From contig OY730476.1 in NCBI GenBank assembly GCA_963422735.1, positions 4,064,001-4,128,000 of the forward strand: a stretch of DNA of 64,000 bases, given 5' to 3'. The stretch comes from Candidatus Latescibacterota bacterium. Its GTDB lineage: Bacteria > Latescibacterota > UBA2968 > UBA8231. A model generated the notes under the pieces. That model did not search any database, was not told where the DNA came from, and saw only the letters and a list, made by a program, of their open reading frames with translations. Below, piece after piece: positions 28,997 through 37,962 of this stretch (positions are counted from its first letter, which is position 1; each line of letters begins with the position of its first letter). Made by a program: the position numbers and the translations under genes.

Positions 28997-29992
28997 TTAA
29001 CGGGGCAGCGATTTGATCTGTCCCCACGATCGGGCCTCTACACTCGTGGCGGAAGGGACGACAGGTTGCCAAGCGGGATGATCTCCGCCCAAGCCGTTGG
29101 TCAATTCGACCAAATTGCTCCCGTCTATATCAACGGCCCAAATGAGATCGGAGAAATGAGAGAAGGCGATTCTCATGCTGTTGGGTGCCCAAACAGGGCG
29201 AGCTATCCATGTGTCGTCGGACACGCACACACCGTCCTGGTCAGACCAAACGGTAGCAAATGGGGGTGTGGACTCGCGTACGCACAGACTGCTCTGGTGT
29301 AGGTCAGGTAGAGGGATAACCTCGATTCCACTGATACGCCGAAGAAAAACCGCGGGATCGGCTCCACCAATAGGCCAACGAAAAACCGAGGACTCCTCTT
29401 CCCTAACATCGCTGATGTAGAGGCGGGCGAGATTCTCTTCGTCCCCTTTTTCCCGCAGCGCGACGACTGCTTCTTTGGTCCCGTCCGGGGAACGACCGAA
29501 GTAGCGGTAGTGGGGGACCTCTCCCCAGTCCACGGGCGAGGAGCCACTGCCGTCCAGTGCCATAACAAACATATCAGGGCCGTCCTTCAGATCGTCCGTA
29601 TCCAGTTCCTCAATAGCCCTATAAGCCCTATAGTAAATGCTATGCCCGTCTTCAGACCACGAAACTGATATTTTATCGACTGAATCGTCTGTTAGCTGCT
29701 GCGGATTGCCGACGGCGGCATCCATCAACCAAATCTCCCCACCGTACTGATCATCGTCAAAAACGCCGCCGATATAGGCGATCTTCGTGCCATCCGGAGA
29801 CCAAGCTGGGCTAGCGCAATGCTGTCCTTGGGTCAAGTTTACGGGATCGCTCCCGTCCGCATTCATAATCCACACGTCATTGTGTCCCTCGCGGAAGGAG
29901 GTAAACGCTATTTTACCCTCTGCTTGCCCCCAACCAGCGACAGCTAGCCCCAGCGTTGCCAAGCAGACGATTAGCATGGACCAATAGCTCAT
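28997..29992 (-). CDS. secreted TolB/PD40-repeat protein with C-terminal SWGQIK motif
   Basis: Signal peptide; KIAFTS, PAWSPDGTKIAY, PVWAPNS; ends TSVEARSWGQIKSLPR; RBS AAAGGAG. Confidence 0.75.
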   Translation of the reverse strand: MSYWSMLIVCLATLGLAVAGWGQAEGKIAFTSFREGHNDVWIMNADGSDPVNLTQGQHCASPAWSPDGTKIAYIGGVFDDDQYGGEIWLMDAAVGNPQQLTDDSVDKISVSWSEDGHSIYYRAYRAIEELDTDDLKDGPDMFVMALDGSGSSPVDWGEVPHYRYFGRSPDGTKEAVVALREKGDEENLARLYISDVREEESSVFRWPIGGADPAVFLRRISGIEVIPLPDLHQSSLCVRESTPPFATVWSDQDGVCVSDDTWIARPVWAPNSMRIAFSHFSDLIWAVDIDGSNLVELTNGLGGDHPAWQPVVPSATSVEARSWGQIKSLPR

Positions 29993-30115
29993 AACGCGGC
30001 TCCTTTCAGAAGGTTGTGCATAGGGCAAAAAGTTATAGAATTATGTTGTAGAGTATATGATGTGGGTTTTATACCGAAAAGCAAGCATATTGGTTCCCGC
30101 TATTTTAGCGGCGCA

Positions 30116-30928
30116 CTAGACAAAATTGACGAAATCGTGGCGCACCCATAGCAGATTGATCAGCCCCAGCACAAACCCCGCGATTACCAGCCATTTAAGA
30201 CGACGACCATGCCAGCGGCCAATGCCGCGCACATAGAGATAGATGCCAAAGACGAACCACGTCGGCAGGGCCAGCCAGATTTTGGCATCCGCGCCCGCGA
30301 GATATTCGCCCGGCGCACCAAAGAGCCAAATCGCGCCCATTCCCAAGCCCAAGGTAAAGAGCGAAAAACCCCCGCCGGCAAAGCGAAAGGTCGCCGCGGC
30401 AGCCGTGTCGAGCGCGGGCAGATAGCTGTTGAGTCGGCCCTTTTTCAGGGCTTGGTGTTGGACGAGGTAGCCGACCGCCGAGCAGAACGCCAGCGCGAAG
30501 CCCACGTGCCCGAGCAAGGTCAGCACCACGTGGATGCCGAGGAAGGGATATTCCACTAGGATCGACTCGGCCTCCTCAAAGCGGATGGGCAGCAGCAGCG
30601 GATAAAGCAGGCCGAGAAAGGCGAGGGGCGCAGTCAGCAGCCCGAGATGGCGAATACGCCCATAGCGCTCGCCGAGCAAGCCCGCGACGACCAAGGCCAT
30701 GACCAGCGAGGCGATGACTACTAACATGTTGGCAAAGAGGGCTTGGCCGGAAAGCGCGAAGTGCAGCACTATGCTGACTCCGTGTACGGCCAGTCCCAAC
30801 TTCAGGCTCCTGCGCCCCAGCGCGTCCCAGCCGCTCTTGTGCCAGAGGAAGTGCCCTTGAAACAGCAGCGCGGCAACCAAATAGAACGCCAAGGCAGCGA
30901 CGAGGGAGACCATGCAGAATATCGTCAC
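30116..30928 (-). CDS. cytochrome c assembly protein (CcsA/HemX-like)
   Basis: About 8 TM segments, GIHV, LPALD, TLGLGMGAIW, DAK; coupled to hemA. Confidence 0.75.
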   Translation of the reverse strand: MTIFCMVSLVAALAFYLVAALLFQGHFLWHKSGWDALGRRSLKLGLAVHGVSIVLHFALSGQALFANMLVVIASLVMALVVAGLLGERYGRIRHLGLLTAPLAFLGLLYPLLLPIRFEEAESILVEYPFLGIHVVLTLLGHVGFALAFCSAVGYLVQHQALKKGRLNSYLPALDTAAAATFRFAGGGFSLFTLGLGMGAIWLFGAPGEYLAGADAKIWLALPTWFVFGIYLYVRGIGRWHGRRLKWLVIAGFVLGLINLLWVRHDFVNFV

Positions 30929-32208
30929 GGCTCTTCCTCCTCGGACTCGTCGTCGAGCCGGAAGAGGCGGCGCACCGTATCGAGACGGACATATCCCTCG
31001 TCGTCATTGGCGAATTCGCGGATCTGTACGAGCGGATCGTGCAGGAGCTTGTTGGCGTAACCGCGCAAGATGCCCTCGACGAGCTGGCGCTCAGCCGCGT
31101 CGAGAGGGCCGAGCTGGGCAGCCCAGCGCGCGAGTTCCTGCTCTTGGAGGTGAGCGGCGCGCTGGTGCAAAGCGCGGATTAGCGGACCGGTGCCCAAGGC
31201 GTTGAACCAGTGCAAAAATTCCTTTAGCTCGTGGTCGATAATGTCCTGTACGCAACGTATCTCTCCCTCGCGCTCTTGGCGGTTGGCAGCAACGACTTGT
31301 TCGAGATTGTCCACGTCGAACAGAAAGATGTTGTCGATGTCGCGTGCGGCTGGGTCGATGTCGCGCGGCACGGCAATGTCGATGAGGAACAGCGGGCGTC
31401 CTCGGCGTTGCTCCATGGCCCGGCGCAAGTCGGTGGGCCGGATGACGTAGTCCGCAGCCGCAGTCGCCGAGATGACGATGTCAACGGCGGCAAGCCGAGC
31501 GGCTAGTTCCGCAAAGGGCACGGACTCGCCGCCCAAGTGGCTGGCCAGCGACTGGGCACGGGCAAAAGTGCGGCTGCTTATCAACAGCCGCTCGACGCCG
31601 GAGTCGATCAAGTACTGGGCAGTGAGTGTGCCCATCTCGCCAGCGCCGACTAAGAGCGCACAGCAGCCCGTCAGGTTTTCAAAGACTTGGCCGGCCAGTT
31701 CTACAGCGGCCGTGCTAATCGACAGCCGGCCACGGCCAATATCGGTTTCGGCGCGTGCGCGCTTGCCCACGCGCAGCGCGCGCTGGAAAAGCTCGTTGAG
31801 CAACAGGCGCGCCGAGCCGTTTTGTTGGGCCATTTCCAGCGCACGGCGCACTTGCCCGAGTATCTGGGACTCGCCGACGACGAGGGAGTCAATGCCGCTG
31901 GCAACGCGAAAAAGGTGAACGGCAGCATCTGAGTCATTGAGCTGGTAAAAGTGGGGTTCAAGTGCCTCGACATCTACACCTTGGCATTCGGCGAGGAAGC
32001 GGCGCACCTGGGCCAGCCCACTGTCGCCATCGGCAGCCAAGTATAGCTCAGAGCGGTTGCAGGTGGAGAGAATGGCCGCCTCGTGCAGTCCGTAGTCGCC
32101 GACGAGCCGGGCTAGGGCCGAGGGCTGATCGCTTTCAGGGAAGGCTAGCCGCTCGCGGATTTCCACCGGCGCAGTGCGGTGATTAATTCCTAAAGTCAGT
32201 ATATGCAC
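30925..32208 (-). CDS. hemA: glutamyl-tRNA reductase
   Basis: GINHRTAPVEIRE, LSTCNRSE, GIDSLVVGESQILGQ, GAGEMG, DIAVPRDI. Confidence 0.95.
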   Translation of the reverse strand: MHILTLGINHRTAPVEIRERLAFPESDQPSALARLVGDYGLHEAAILSTCNRSELYLAADGDSGLAQVRRFLAECQGVDVEALEPHFYQLNDSDAAVHLFRVASGIDSLVVGESQILGQVRRALEMAQQNGSARLLLNELFQRALRVGKRARAETDIGRGRLSISTAAVELAGQVFENLTGCCALLVGAGEMGTLTAQYLIDSGVERLLISSRTFARAQSLASHLGGESVPFAELAARLAAVDIVISATAAADYVIRPTDLRRAMEQRRGRPLFLIDIAVPRDIDPAARDIDNIFLFDVDNLEQVVAANRQEREGEIRCVQDIIDHELKEFLHWFNALGTGPLIRALHQRAAHLQEQELARWAAQLGPLDAAERQLVEGILRGYANKLLHDPLVQIREFANDDEGYVRLDTVRRLFRLDDESEEEEP

Positions 32209-32293
32209 AACCTTAAAAATACTTATTTACTATCTATGGGGAAACAGTGAGCCTAAGAAGCGGTTTTAAAACTCGCATCGGGAGTCGAGTATC

Positions 32294-32412
32294 AGTGGTT
32301 AGTGTCCAGTGGTTAGTGGTCAGTCCCCGCCCGCGCCTATGGGCTTTATAATACGGGCGAATATCAATCAATCGAACGGTCAGTCCCCGCCCGCGCCTAT
32401 GGGCAGGGAGAC
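32294..32412. repeat. degenerate AGTGGTT heptamers followed by a 27-bp direct repeat with a 33-nt spacer
   Basis: GGTCAGTCCCCGCCCGCGCCTATGGGC at 32318-32344 and 32378-32404. Confidence 0.85.
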
Positions 32413-32472
32413 GAACCACGAAGCCAGCACGGGAATTTTAAGAACCTTCTAACACGCCAAAGGAATGCAGCT

Positions 32473-33336
32473 ATGGTCAAATACCTGCTGGTCGGTTTGG
32501 CACTCTTAGGTGCGGCAACCGATGTGGATGCCGGGGCTTGGACTTTGCAGAGAGGCCAGCTCTGGGGCAAACTCGCGTATTTCCAGCAGCGCACGCAGGA
32601 GTGGTATGTCGGCAAGGGCCGCTTTGGTGCGCCCGGCACTCGCGCCCGCTACGACTTTGATGGGCAATACGAATCGCGGGCCGTCTTTTTCGAGGGCCTG
32701 TACGGAGTCACCGACCGCCTAGACATCGGCTTGCAGGTTCCCTATTGCGACCAATCCTTTGCCAACGCCGCGTTTGCCGAACCCCGCACGGATACCGGCC
32801 TGAGCGACATCCGCGCCTTGGTCAAATTTCGCGTCTTGGCCAAGCCCTTGGTCCTCGCGCTTAAGGCCGGCGTCAAGGTGCCGACCGGAGAATTCAAAAA
32901 CGAAGACGGGCTGATCCCAGTGGGCGAAGGGCAGTGGGATTTCGACTTTGTCGGGCAGGTGGGGCGCTCCTTTTGGCCGCTACCCTTGTACGGCAACATC
33001 GACCTCGGCTATCGCGTCCGCACCCGCAACGAGCAGATCGACCGCGACTTAGGCGACGAGTGGTTCCTCAACGCCGAAGTAGGCTACCAGCTCGTGCGCC
33101 AGCTCATGCTGCTGGGCAAATGCGAGGTGCTCCGCAGCAATCCGGCGGTCGTCTTCGGCGGCATTGAGGCCGAGATCAAGCGCATTACCTACTTGACGCC
33201 GGCTCTGCTCTACGCAGTCGGCCGGCGCACGACTGTCGAGGCAGCGATGCGCTTCTCGCTCAATGGGCGCAATTTTCCGGCCGGGCGCCAGCTCGTCTTG
33301 GGATTAGCGACGACGTTGGGAAAAGACGGGGGCTAG
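32473..33336 (+). CDS. exported protein, probable outer-membrane beta-barrel
   Basis: Signal peptide, AGAWT, alternating aromatic/hydrophobic strands (YGVTDRLDIGLQVPY, LYGNIDLGYRVR, NAEVGYQL), GVKVPTG. Confidence 0.6.
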   Translation: MVKYLLVGLALLGAATDVDAGAWTLQRGQLWGKLAYFQQRTQEWYVGKGRFGAPGTRARYDFDGQYESRAVFFEGLYGVTDRLDIGLQVPYCDQSFANAAFAEPRTDTGLSDIRALVKFRVLAKPLVLALKAGVKVPTGEFKNEDGLIPVGEGQWDFDFVGQVGRSFWPLPLYGNIDLGYRVRTRNEQIDRDLGDEWFLNAEVGYQLVRQLMLLGKCEVLRSNPAVVFGGIEAEIKRITYLTPALLYAVGRRTTVEAAMRFSLNGRNFPAGRQLVLGLATTLGKDGG

Positions 33337-35000
33337 CGGCGTAGCTTGGCCAAGCGCTGTTGGATGGCCGCAGCCATGTCTGGCCGCTGGCCAATGACGG
33401 CGTCGAAATGAGGCTTGGCCTCGGCGGAGCGGCCCAGCATCTCCAACACCAATCCCAAGTTGAAATGGGCCTCGGCAAAATCGGGGTTGATCTGCAAGGC
33501 CCGTTCAAAGTGGGCGACGGCGCGATCCCATTGGCGGCCTTGAGCTAGCGCGATCCCAAAGTTCACGTGGGCTTCCGGGTACTCCGGATTGTATTCCAGT
33601 GCCAACTCGAAATGCTCCAAGGCCAAAGGACGCTGGCCGGAACGCATGTAGAACATGGCCAAGGTGTGGTGGGTGTCCCAGTCTCGGGGCTGGGCTTCGA
33701 GTAGCTTCTTGTAGCCATCGATTTCCTGCCCCAGCCACTTGCGGTAGAAGTCGCGGCGAAGTCGCTCTAGATCCTCGGGGCGGCGCGGCAAAATCTGCAG
33801 CGTCAGGTCGCCCATCTCGTCGGTCGAGTACAGCCCGTAGCGCACCCGCACGGGTGGGTCGTGGGGTTGGCGGGGGTTTTGTGCGGAGTTGTCGTACGCG
33901 TATTCCATGATCAGCGTCGAGCCAGCCGGCAAAAAGACCGGCACGGCAAATCGGTAGTCGTCCTGCCAGCTAAAATCCCAGTCCTCAATCCATATAAGCC
34001 ACTCCCGCTCTTGGTTGGGTAACTCGGCGTACGCCCGGATTTCCCGGCCGAGGTAATGCGCGTGTGGGTAGATGGTCAGGACCTCGACGTCCACGGGTAG
34101 CAGGTACGTATCGCGGATCCAATAGTCGCTCGCGCCGGCCGGTATGTCTAGGTCCTTGCGGCCTAAGCGCAGCATGGCCGGGCGTCTCTTGGGCGGCGCA
34201 TCGGCAAAGAACAGGCCGACGCGAGCCTCAATGGATTCCTCCTTGCCGGTTGGCAACATGTGCAACTGTAGCAGCAAGTCCGTGCCCGGGTCGAGCCGCC
34301 AAGCCAAGCTGTCGCTGCCGGGGTATGGGGTCTTGCCTTGGGTCCAGCCGAGAAAGTGCCCGTCGGCATCCTCGGCCTCGCCAAAGCTCATGCCGTCAAA
34401 ACCCGGGGCACCGTCGCGCCCGTCCCGCCGCCGCGCCGCGCCGCTGCGGTCGATCATCATGGTGGCGTGGTGGACGATGCGCGCGTTGCCTGGCTTGAAC
34501 TCCAGGGCCTTGACGTAGCGAGTTGAGTCAACGGGCAGCGGGATGGCGAAGTTGCGGAAGACATCTGGGCCGTCGGCCCGCAGGGTGTAGGCCGATGTCA
34601 TGGAGGCGATTAAGCCGGGCTGGCCTAGCTCCCACTCGCCCTTCCACTGGGGCAGCGGAGGTCGGTCGGAATGGCCCTCCTGCTTGCCGTGGTCAACCCA
34701 ACGGCGTATCGTGGCGATCTGCGCCGCACTCAATCCGCGCTCGCCGACAAAGCGACCGTAGCCGCGCTTGGGCTTCCACGGCGGCATATAGCGGCTCTCC
34801 GTGACAAAGGCGATTTGCTCAGCGCGCGCACTCACATCCGCATAGCTGAGCAAATCAAAGGGGGCTGGGCCTGCGGGCTGGTGGCAGGGGGCGCAGTGCT
34901 GAAAGACGATCGGGGCAATGTCTCGGTTGAAAGTTGGGATTTCTCCTCCACCACTGCATCCAAAGCAGACCGCGACCAAGGGCACCCAATAGCGCATCAT
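33333..35000 (-). CDS. lipoprotein: cytochrome c + copper type II (PHM/DBH-like) monooxygenase + TPR repeats
   Basis: Lipobox-like CFGC; CAPCH with MPPW; IVHHA, LQLHM, YPHAH, DEMG; C-terminal TPRs (EAHVNFG, EAHFNLG). Confidence 0.75.
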   Translation of the reverse strand: MMRYWVPLVAVCFGCSGGGEIPTFNRDIAPIVFQHCAPCHQPAGPAPFDLLSYADVSARAEQIAFVTESRYMPPWKPKRGYGRFVGERGLSAAQIATIRRWVDHGKQEGHSDRPPLPQWKGEWELGQPGLIASMTSAYTLRADGPDVFRNFAIPLPVDSTRYVKALEFKPGNARIVHHATMMIDRSGAARRRDGRDGAPGFDGMSFGEAEDADGHFLGWTQGKTPYPGSDSLAWRLDPGTDLLLQLHMLPTGKEESIEARVGLFFADAPPKRRPAMLRLGRKDLDIPAGASDYWIRDTYLLPVDVEVLTIYPHAHYLGREIRAYAELPNQEREWLIWIEDWDFSWQDDYRFAVPVFLPAGSTLIMEYAYDNSAQNPRQPHDPPVRVRYGLYSTDEMGDLTLQILPRRPEDLERLRRDFYRKWLGQEIDGYKKLLEAQPRDWDTHHTLAMFYMRSGQRPLALEHFELALEYNPEYPEAHVNFGIALAQGRQWDRAVAHFERALQINPDFAEAHFNLGLVLEMLGRSAEAKPHFDAVIGQRPDMAAAIQQRLAKLRR

Positions 35001-35545
35001 TGCAGGTCGGCGATAAAGCAGCCAATCGCTTCGGTAGCACTCGGGTCCGGGGAGCGATCAGCGAGGGCGGCCTCTATGGCATTTGCGAGGTCGCTTCGGG
35101 TCGGCTTCGGGCGCGCTTGGTCGAAAGCTGTGTAGCGATCGTCGATGCGGCCCCGATAGACGACGTTGCCGCGCACACCTAAAACTACGGCTTCTGGAGT
35201 CGCGGTCGCGCCGACTCTTTTGACTAGGGTGTGCTGCACATCCCGCAGGGCTAGGCCCGGCAAGCCGTATTCCCGGCCGTGACGGCGGATGGCGTCCGCA
35301 TCCTCGCGGCGGTCGGGATACACCAAGTAGAATGCCACGCCTTGCGGCTGGAAGCGGGCATGGAGACGCGCTATAGTCGGGGCGTAGCGGTTGGAGATAG
35401 GGCAATCGGTCTGGACGAAAAGCAAAACCGTAGCGGAAGCGCGGTTGACAAAGGGATCAACCGGATTGCCAGCCAAGTCTAGGGCGTGGGGCGGGTCGGC
35501 GCGGCAGCCCACCAGCAGTAGGGATGCGAGAATAGCTAAGATCAT
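34997..35545 (-). CDS. lipoprotein redoxin (AhpC/TSA-like)
   Basis: Lipobox LVGC; TDCPIS, ATATPEA, YRGRIDD, C-terminal IGC; ATGA overlap with the downstream gene. Confidence 0.8.
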   Translation of the reverse strand: MILAILASLLLVGCRADPPHALDLAGNPVDPFVNRASATVLLFVQTDCPISNRYAPTIARLHARFQPQGVAFYLVYPDRREDADAIRRHGREYGLPGLALRDVQHTLVKRVGATATPEAVVLGVRGNVVYRGRIDDRYTAFDQARPKPTRSDLANAIEAALADRSPDPSATEAIGCFIADLQ

Positions 35546-35610
35546 AAAAAAAGAAAACGGATATTGGGCACGGACGGCAAGACTGCCGACTTTTGCATTT
35601 TCATTAGGCA

Positions 35611-35640
35611 GGGAATGACTTTGGCCTCTACATTGTCTAA
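35611..35640 (+). promoter_or_regulatory. putative ECF-dependent autoregulatory promoter, probably leaderless
   Basis: GGGAATGA-N16-GTCTAA, 4 nt before ATG 35645; the same motif recurs at 37014-37043. Confidence 0.65.
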
Positions 35641-35644
35641 AAAT

Positions 35645-36211
35645 ATGTCGGAGCAAGTGGGCACAGACCGCGCCCTAATCAACCAAGCACGTGCGGGCGA
35701 CGAAGCGGCCTTGCGCGCCCTAATCGAGCGCTATGAGCCGCAAGTGGCCGCCACAGTCGTGGGCATGTTGGGGCCGGGCGACGAGGCCGACGACGTAGGG
35801 CAGGAGACCTTTGTCCGCTTCTACCAATCGCTGGACAAGTTTCGCGGCGACGCGGCGCTGGGCACTTATTTGACCCGCATTGCCATCAACCTCTCGCTCA
35901 ACGCATTAGAGCGTCGCAAGCGGCAGCGCTGGCGCTTTTGGAGCCGCGACGACGAACAGGCCCCGCCCGAGCCGAGCGTCGATGGCCGCGACGAACAGGC
36001 CACACGCGAGCACGCGCAAGCGGTGCAGGCGGCCCTTGCTCAGCTCAAGCCATCCTTCCGGGCGGTAGTGGTGCTGCGGATGATCGAGGGCTATTCGACA
36101 AAGGAGACGGCTGCGCTGTTGGAGATCGCCGAGGGCACGGTGCTCTCGCGACTTTCGCGCGGCATGAAACAACTAGAGACCATCCTCAAAGCCGAGGACC
36201 TGTATGACTGA
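35645..36211 (+). CDS. ECF RNA polymerase sigma factor
   Basis: ARAGDEAA, EADDVGQETF, FRGDAALGTYLTRIAIN, GTVLSRLSRG. Confidence 0.9.
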   Translation: MSEQVGTDRALINQARAGDEAALRALIERYEPQVAATVVGMLGPGDEADDVGQETFVRFYQSLDKFRGDAALGTYLTRIAINLSLNALERRKRQRWRFWSRDDEQAPPEPSVDGRDEQATREHAQAVQAALAQLKPSFRAVVVLRMIEGYSTKETAALLEIAEGTVLSRLSRGMKQLETILKAEDLYD

Positions 36212-36614
36212 CAGCTATCGCAGCGAAATGCTAAGGGTGCTGACCGGCGAATTGACCGAGCGCGAGCGCGAGGCATTCGAGCGTACCTTAACTACCGACG
36301 ACGCGCTCCGCGCCGAATGGGAGCACCTGCAAAAAGTCAGCGGTCTTTTGCAGGAAAGCCGCGTCGAATCGTTCCGGCCGTTCTTTGCCGCTCGCGTCGC
36401 GCAGCGCGTCAAAAGTCAGCGCGAGGAAAGCCTCACCGACGCGCTCGTGTGGCTCTTCCGCCCCCTTGCTCCGGTCGCTTTAGTGGTGGTCGCCTTTTTG
36501 GCACTGAGCAACTGGAGCGAGCGCGAACTCATCGGCGACGACGCCTCGTTCCTCGCCGCGATTTTCGCGGCCGTACCCGCCACGCCCGAAGCGGCGTACG
36601 TAATGGACATGTAA
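36204..36614 (+). CDS. putative single-TM anti-sigma factor
   Basis: Overlaps the sigma stop; GELTEREREAFE, FAARV, one TM segment. Confidence 0.65.
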   Translation: MTDSYRSEMLRVLTGELTEREREAFERTLTTDDALRAEWEHLQKVSGLLQESRVESFRPFFAARVAQRVKSQREESLTDALVWLFRPLAPVALVVVAFLALSNWSERELIGDDASFLAAIFAAVPATPEAAYVMDM

Positions 36615-36615
36615 C

Positions 36616-37005
36616 ATGCGAGAGAAAACCAAAGGGGCACTCATTCTCTTTAGCACCCTGCTCATCGGCGTTTTGATCGGGACCTTGCTCTCTGGCTGGT
36701 TTATCCGCGATCGAATGCGGCCGATTCCGCATCCCCGCTATTTTGTCCGCAGCACCGAGCGGTTGATCGCGCCGCAGGACGAAGAGCAGCGCCAAGCCGT
36801 GCGGACCGTACTACGGCGATACGTCGCAAAGCTCCGCGCCCTCGACGCCAAACATCGGGAGGCACTAAAGGAGCAGTTAGATGCGGCGCGGGCCGAGCTG
36901 GCCCCTTTGTTGTCTGAGGAGCAACTGCGGCGGCTGGATCGGCGGCAGCGGCGCTTCGGGGAGCTGATGGGACCTTGGCGCGAGCGGCAACGGCACAAAA
37001 AATGA
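36616..37005 (+). CDS. membrane-anchored helical periplasmic protein (Spy/CpxP/metal-sensor-like)
   Basis: N-terminal TM, helical body, LLSEEQ motif. Confidence 0.55.
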   Translation: MREKTKGALILFSTLLIGVLIGTLLSGWFIRDRMRPIPHPRYFVRSTERLIAPQDEEQRQAVRTVLRRYVAKLRALDAKHREALKEQLDAARAELAPLLSEEQLRRLDRRQRRFGELMGPWRERQRHKK

Positions 37006-37013
37006 AATCGCAT

Positions 37014-37043
37014 GGGAATGAATAGCATCAATCGGGGGTCTAA
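37014..37043 (+). promoter_or_regulatory. putative ECF-dependent promoter for the Spy/CpxP gene
   Basis: GGGAATGA (37014-37021)-N16-GTCTAA (37038-37043). Confidence 0.65.
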
Positions 37044-37133
37044 TGGGGCGTAGAGAAGAGGAATGGCCGTTTCTCACGAGCCGCCGACTAGGGGCGGCGA
37101 ACCCAACTAACCACCCAACGCGGAGAACGTAAC

Positions 37134-37712
37134 ATGAAAAAGAAATGGATCATCCTAGCCGGTGTCGCGCTGGCACTCGGTGCGCTTGCCACCGTGGCCG
37201 TAGCCGAGCGCAGGGGAAAGATGCAGGAGTACAGGCGGCCCACTCTGAGGATGCTGGAGCGTCTCGACCTGACCGACGAGCAGAAGGAGCAGTTGCAAGC
37301 GTTGCACAAGGAACACATGGAAGCCATGCGCGAGCAGCGCGAGACCATGGCCGCTATGGGCAAGGAGCAGCGCGAAGCCGCAATGAACATTTTGACCGCG
37401 GAGCAGCGGGAGGTCATGAAAGAAATGCGTGCCAAGCGCGGCAAATTTTTCGGGCGGAGCGGCTGGGGGGGCAAAGATCGGCACGCCATGGGGCGCGGCG
37501 ACAAGAGCGCGTTCTCTAGGCTGGACCTGGCCGACGAGCAGAAGGAACAGCTCGAAGAATTGCGCGAGGAACAGCGCACAGAGATGCGTGAAGCGCGCCA
37601 AAAGCATCGCATGGCCTTGGAAAATGTCTTGACCGACGAGCAGCGCGAAAAGCTCGAAGAAATGAAGGACGAGGCGTTTTACGGCGGCAAACGCTGGCGC
37701 GGCAGGCGGTAA
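37134..37712 (+). CDS. Spy/CpxP-family periplasmic chaperone
   Basis: Signal peptide; four LTxxQ-type motifs (LTDEQ, LTAEQ, LADEQ, LTDEQ); Met-rich. Confidence 0.8.
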   Translation: MKKKWIILAGVALALGALATVAVAERRGKMQEYRRPTLRMLERLDLTDEQKEQLQALHKEHMEAMREQRETMAAMGKEQREAAMNILTAEQREVMKEMRAKRGKFFGRSGWGGKDRHAMGRGDKSAFSRLDLADEQKEQLEELREEQRTEMREARQKHRMALENVLTDEQREKLEEMKDEAFYGGKRWRGRR

Positions 37713-37725
37713 GCACTTTTTTACG

Positions 37726-37757
37726 ACGCGGAGTAGCCAAACTACTCCGCGTTTTTT
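37726..37757 (+). terminator. intrinsic terminator
   Basis: ACGCGGAGTAG-CCAAA-CTACTCCGCGT followed by a T-tract. Confidence 0.85.
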
Positions 37758-37962
37758 ATGCTCTCGTCAGGGCCAACTGCAACGATCAAAAAATCAAAAA
37801 AGCGGAACAAGCACGGGTCTTTCGGGTGGTAAGAGACGGTGCAAATTCGCCAACCACGCCCTTGTGCAACGTCCAGTACCCGATTTGGCAGAGCATCCTT
37901 TTCTTCAGTATCTTTTGCCATGCGCCACTGACGCTTAACAACGACACCCCCTTGAGCTTCTT

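Noticed and set aside
32318-32404. Bona fide CRISPR array
   Set aside because: Only two repeats and no cas genes in the window; kept only as a low-confidence finding.
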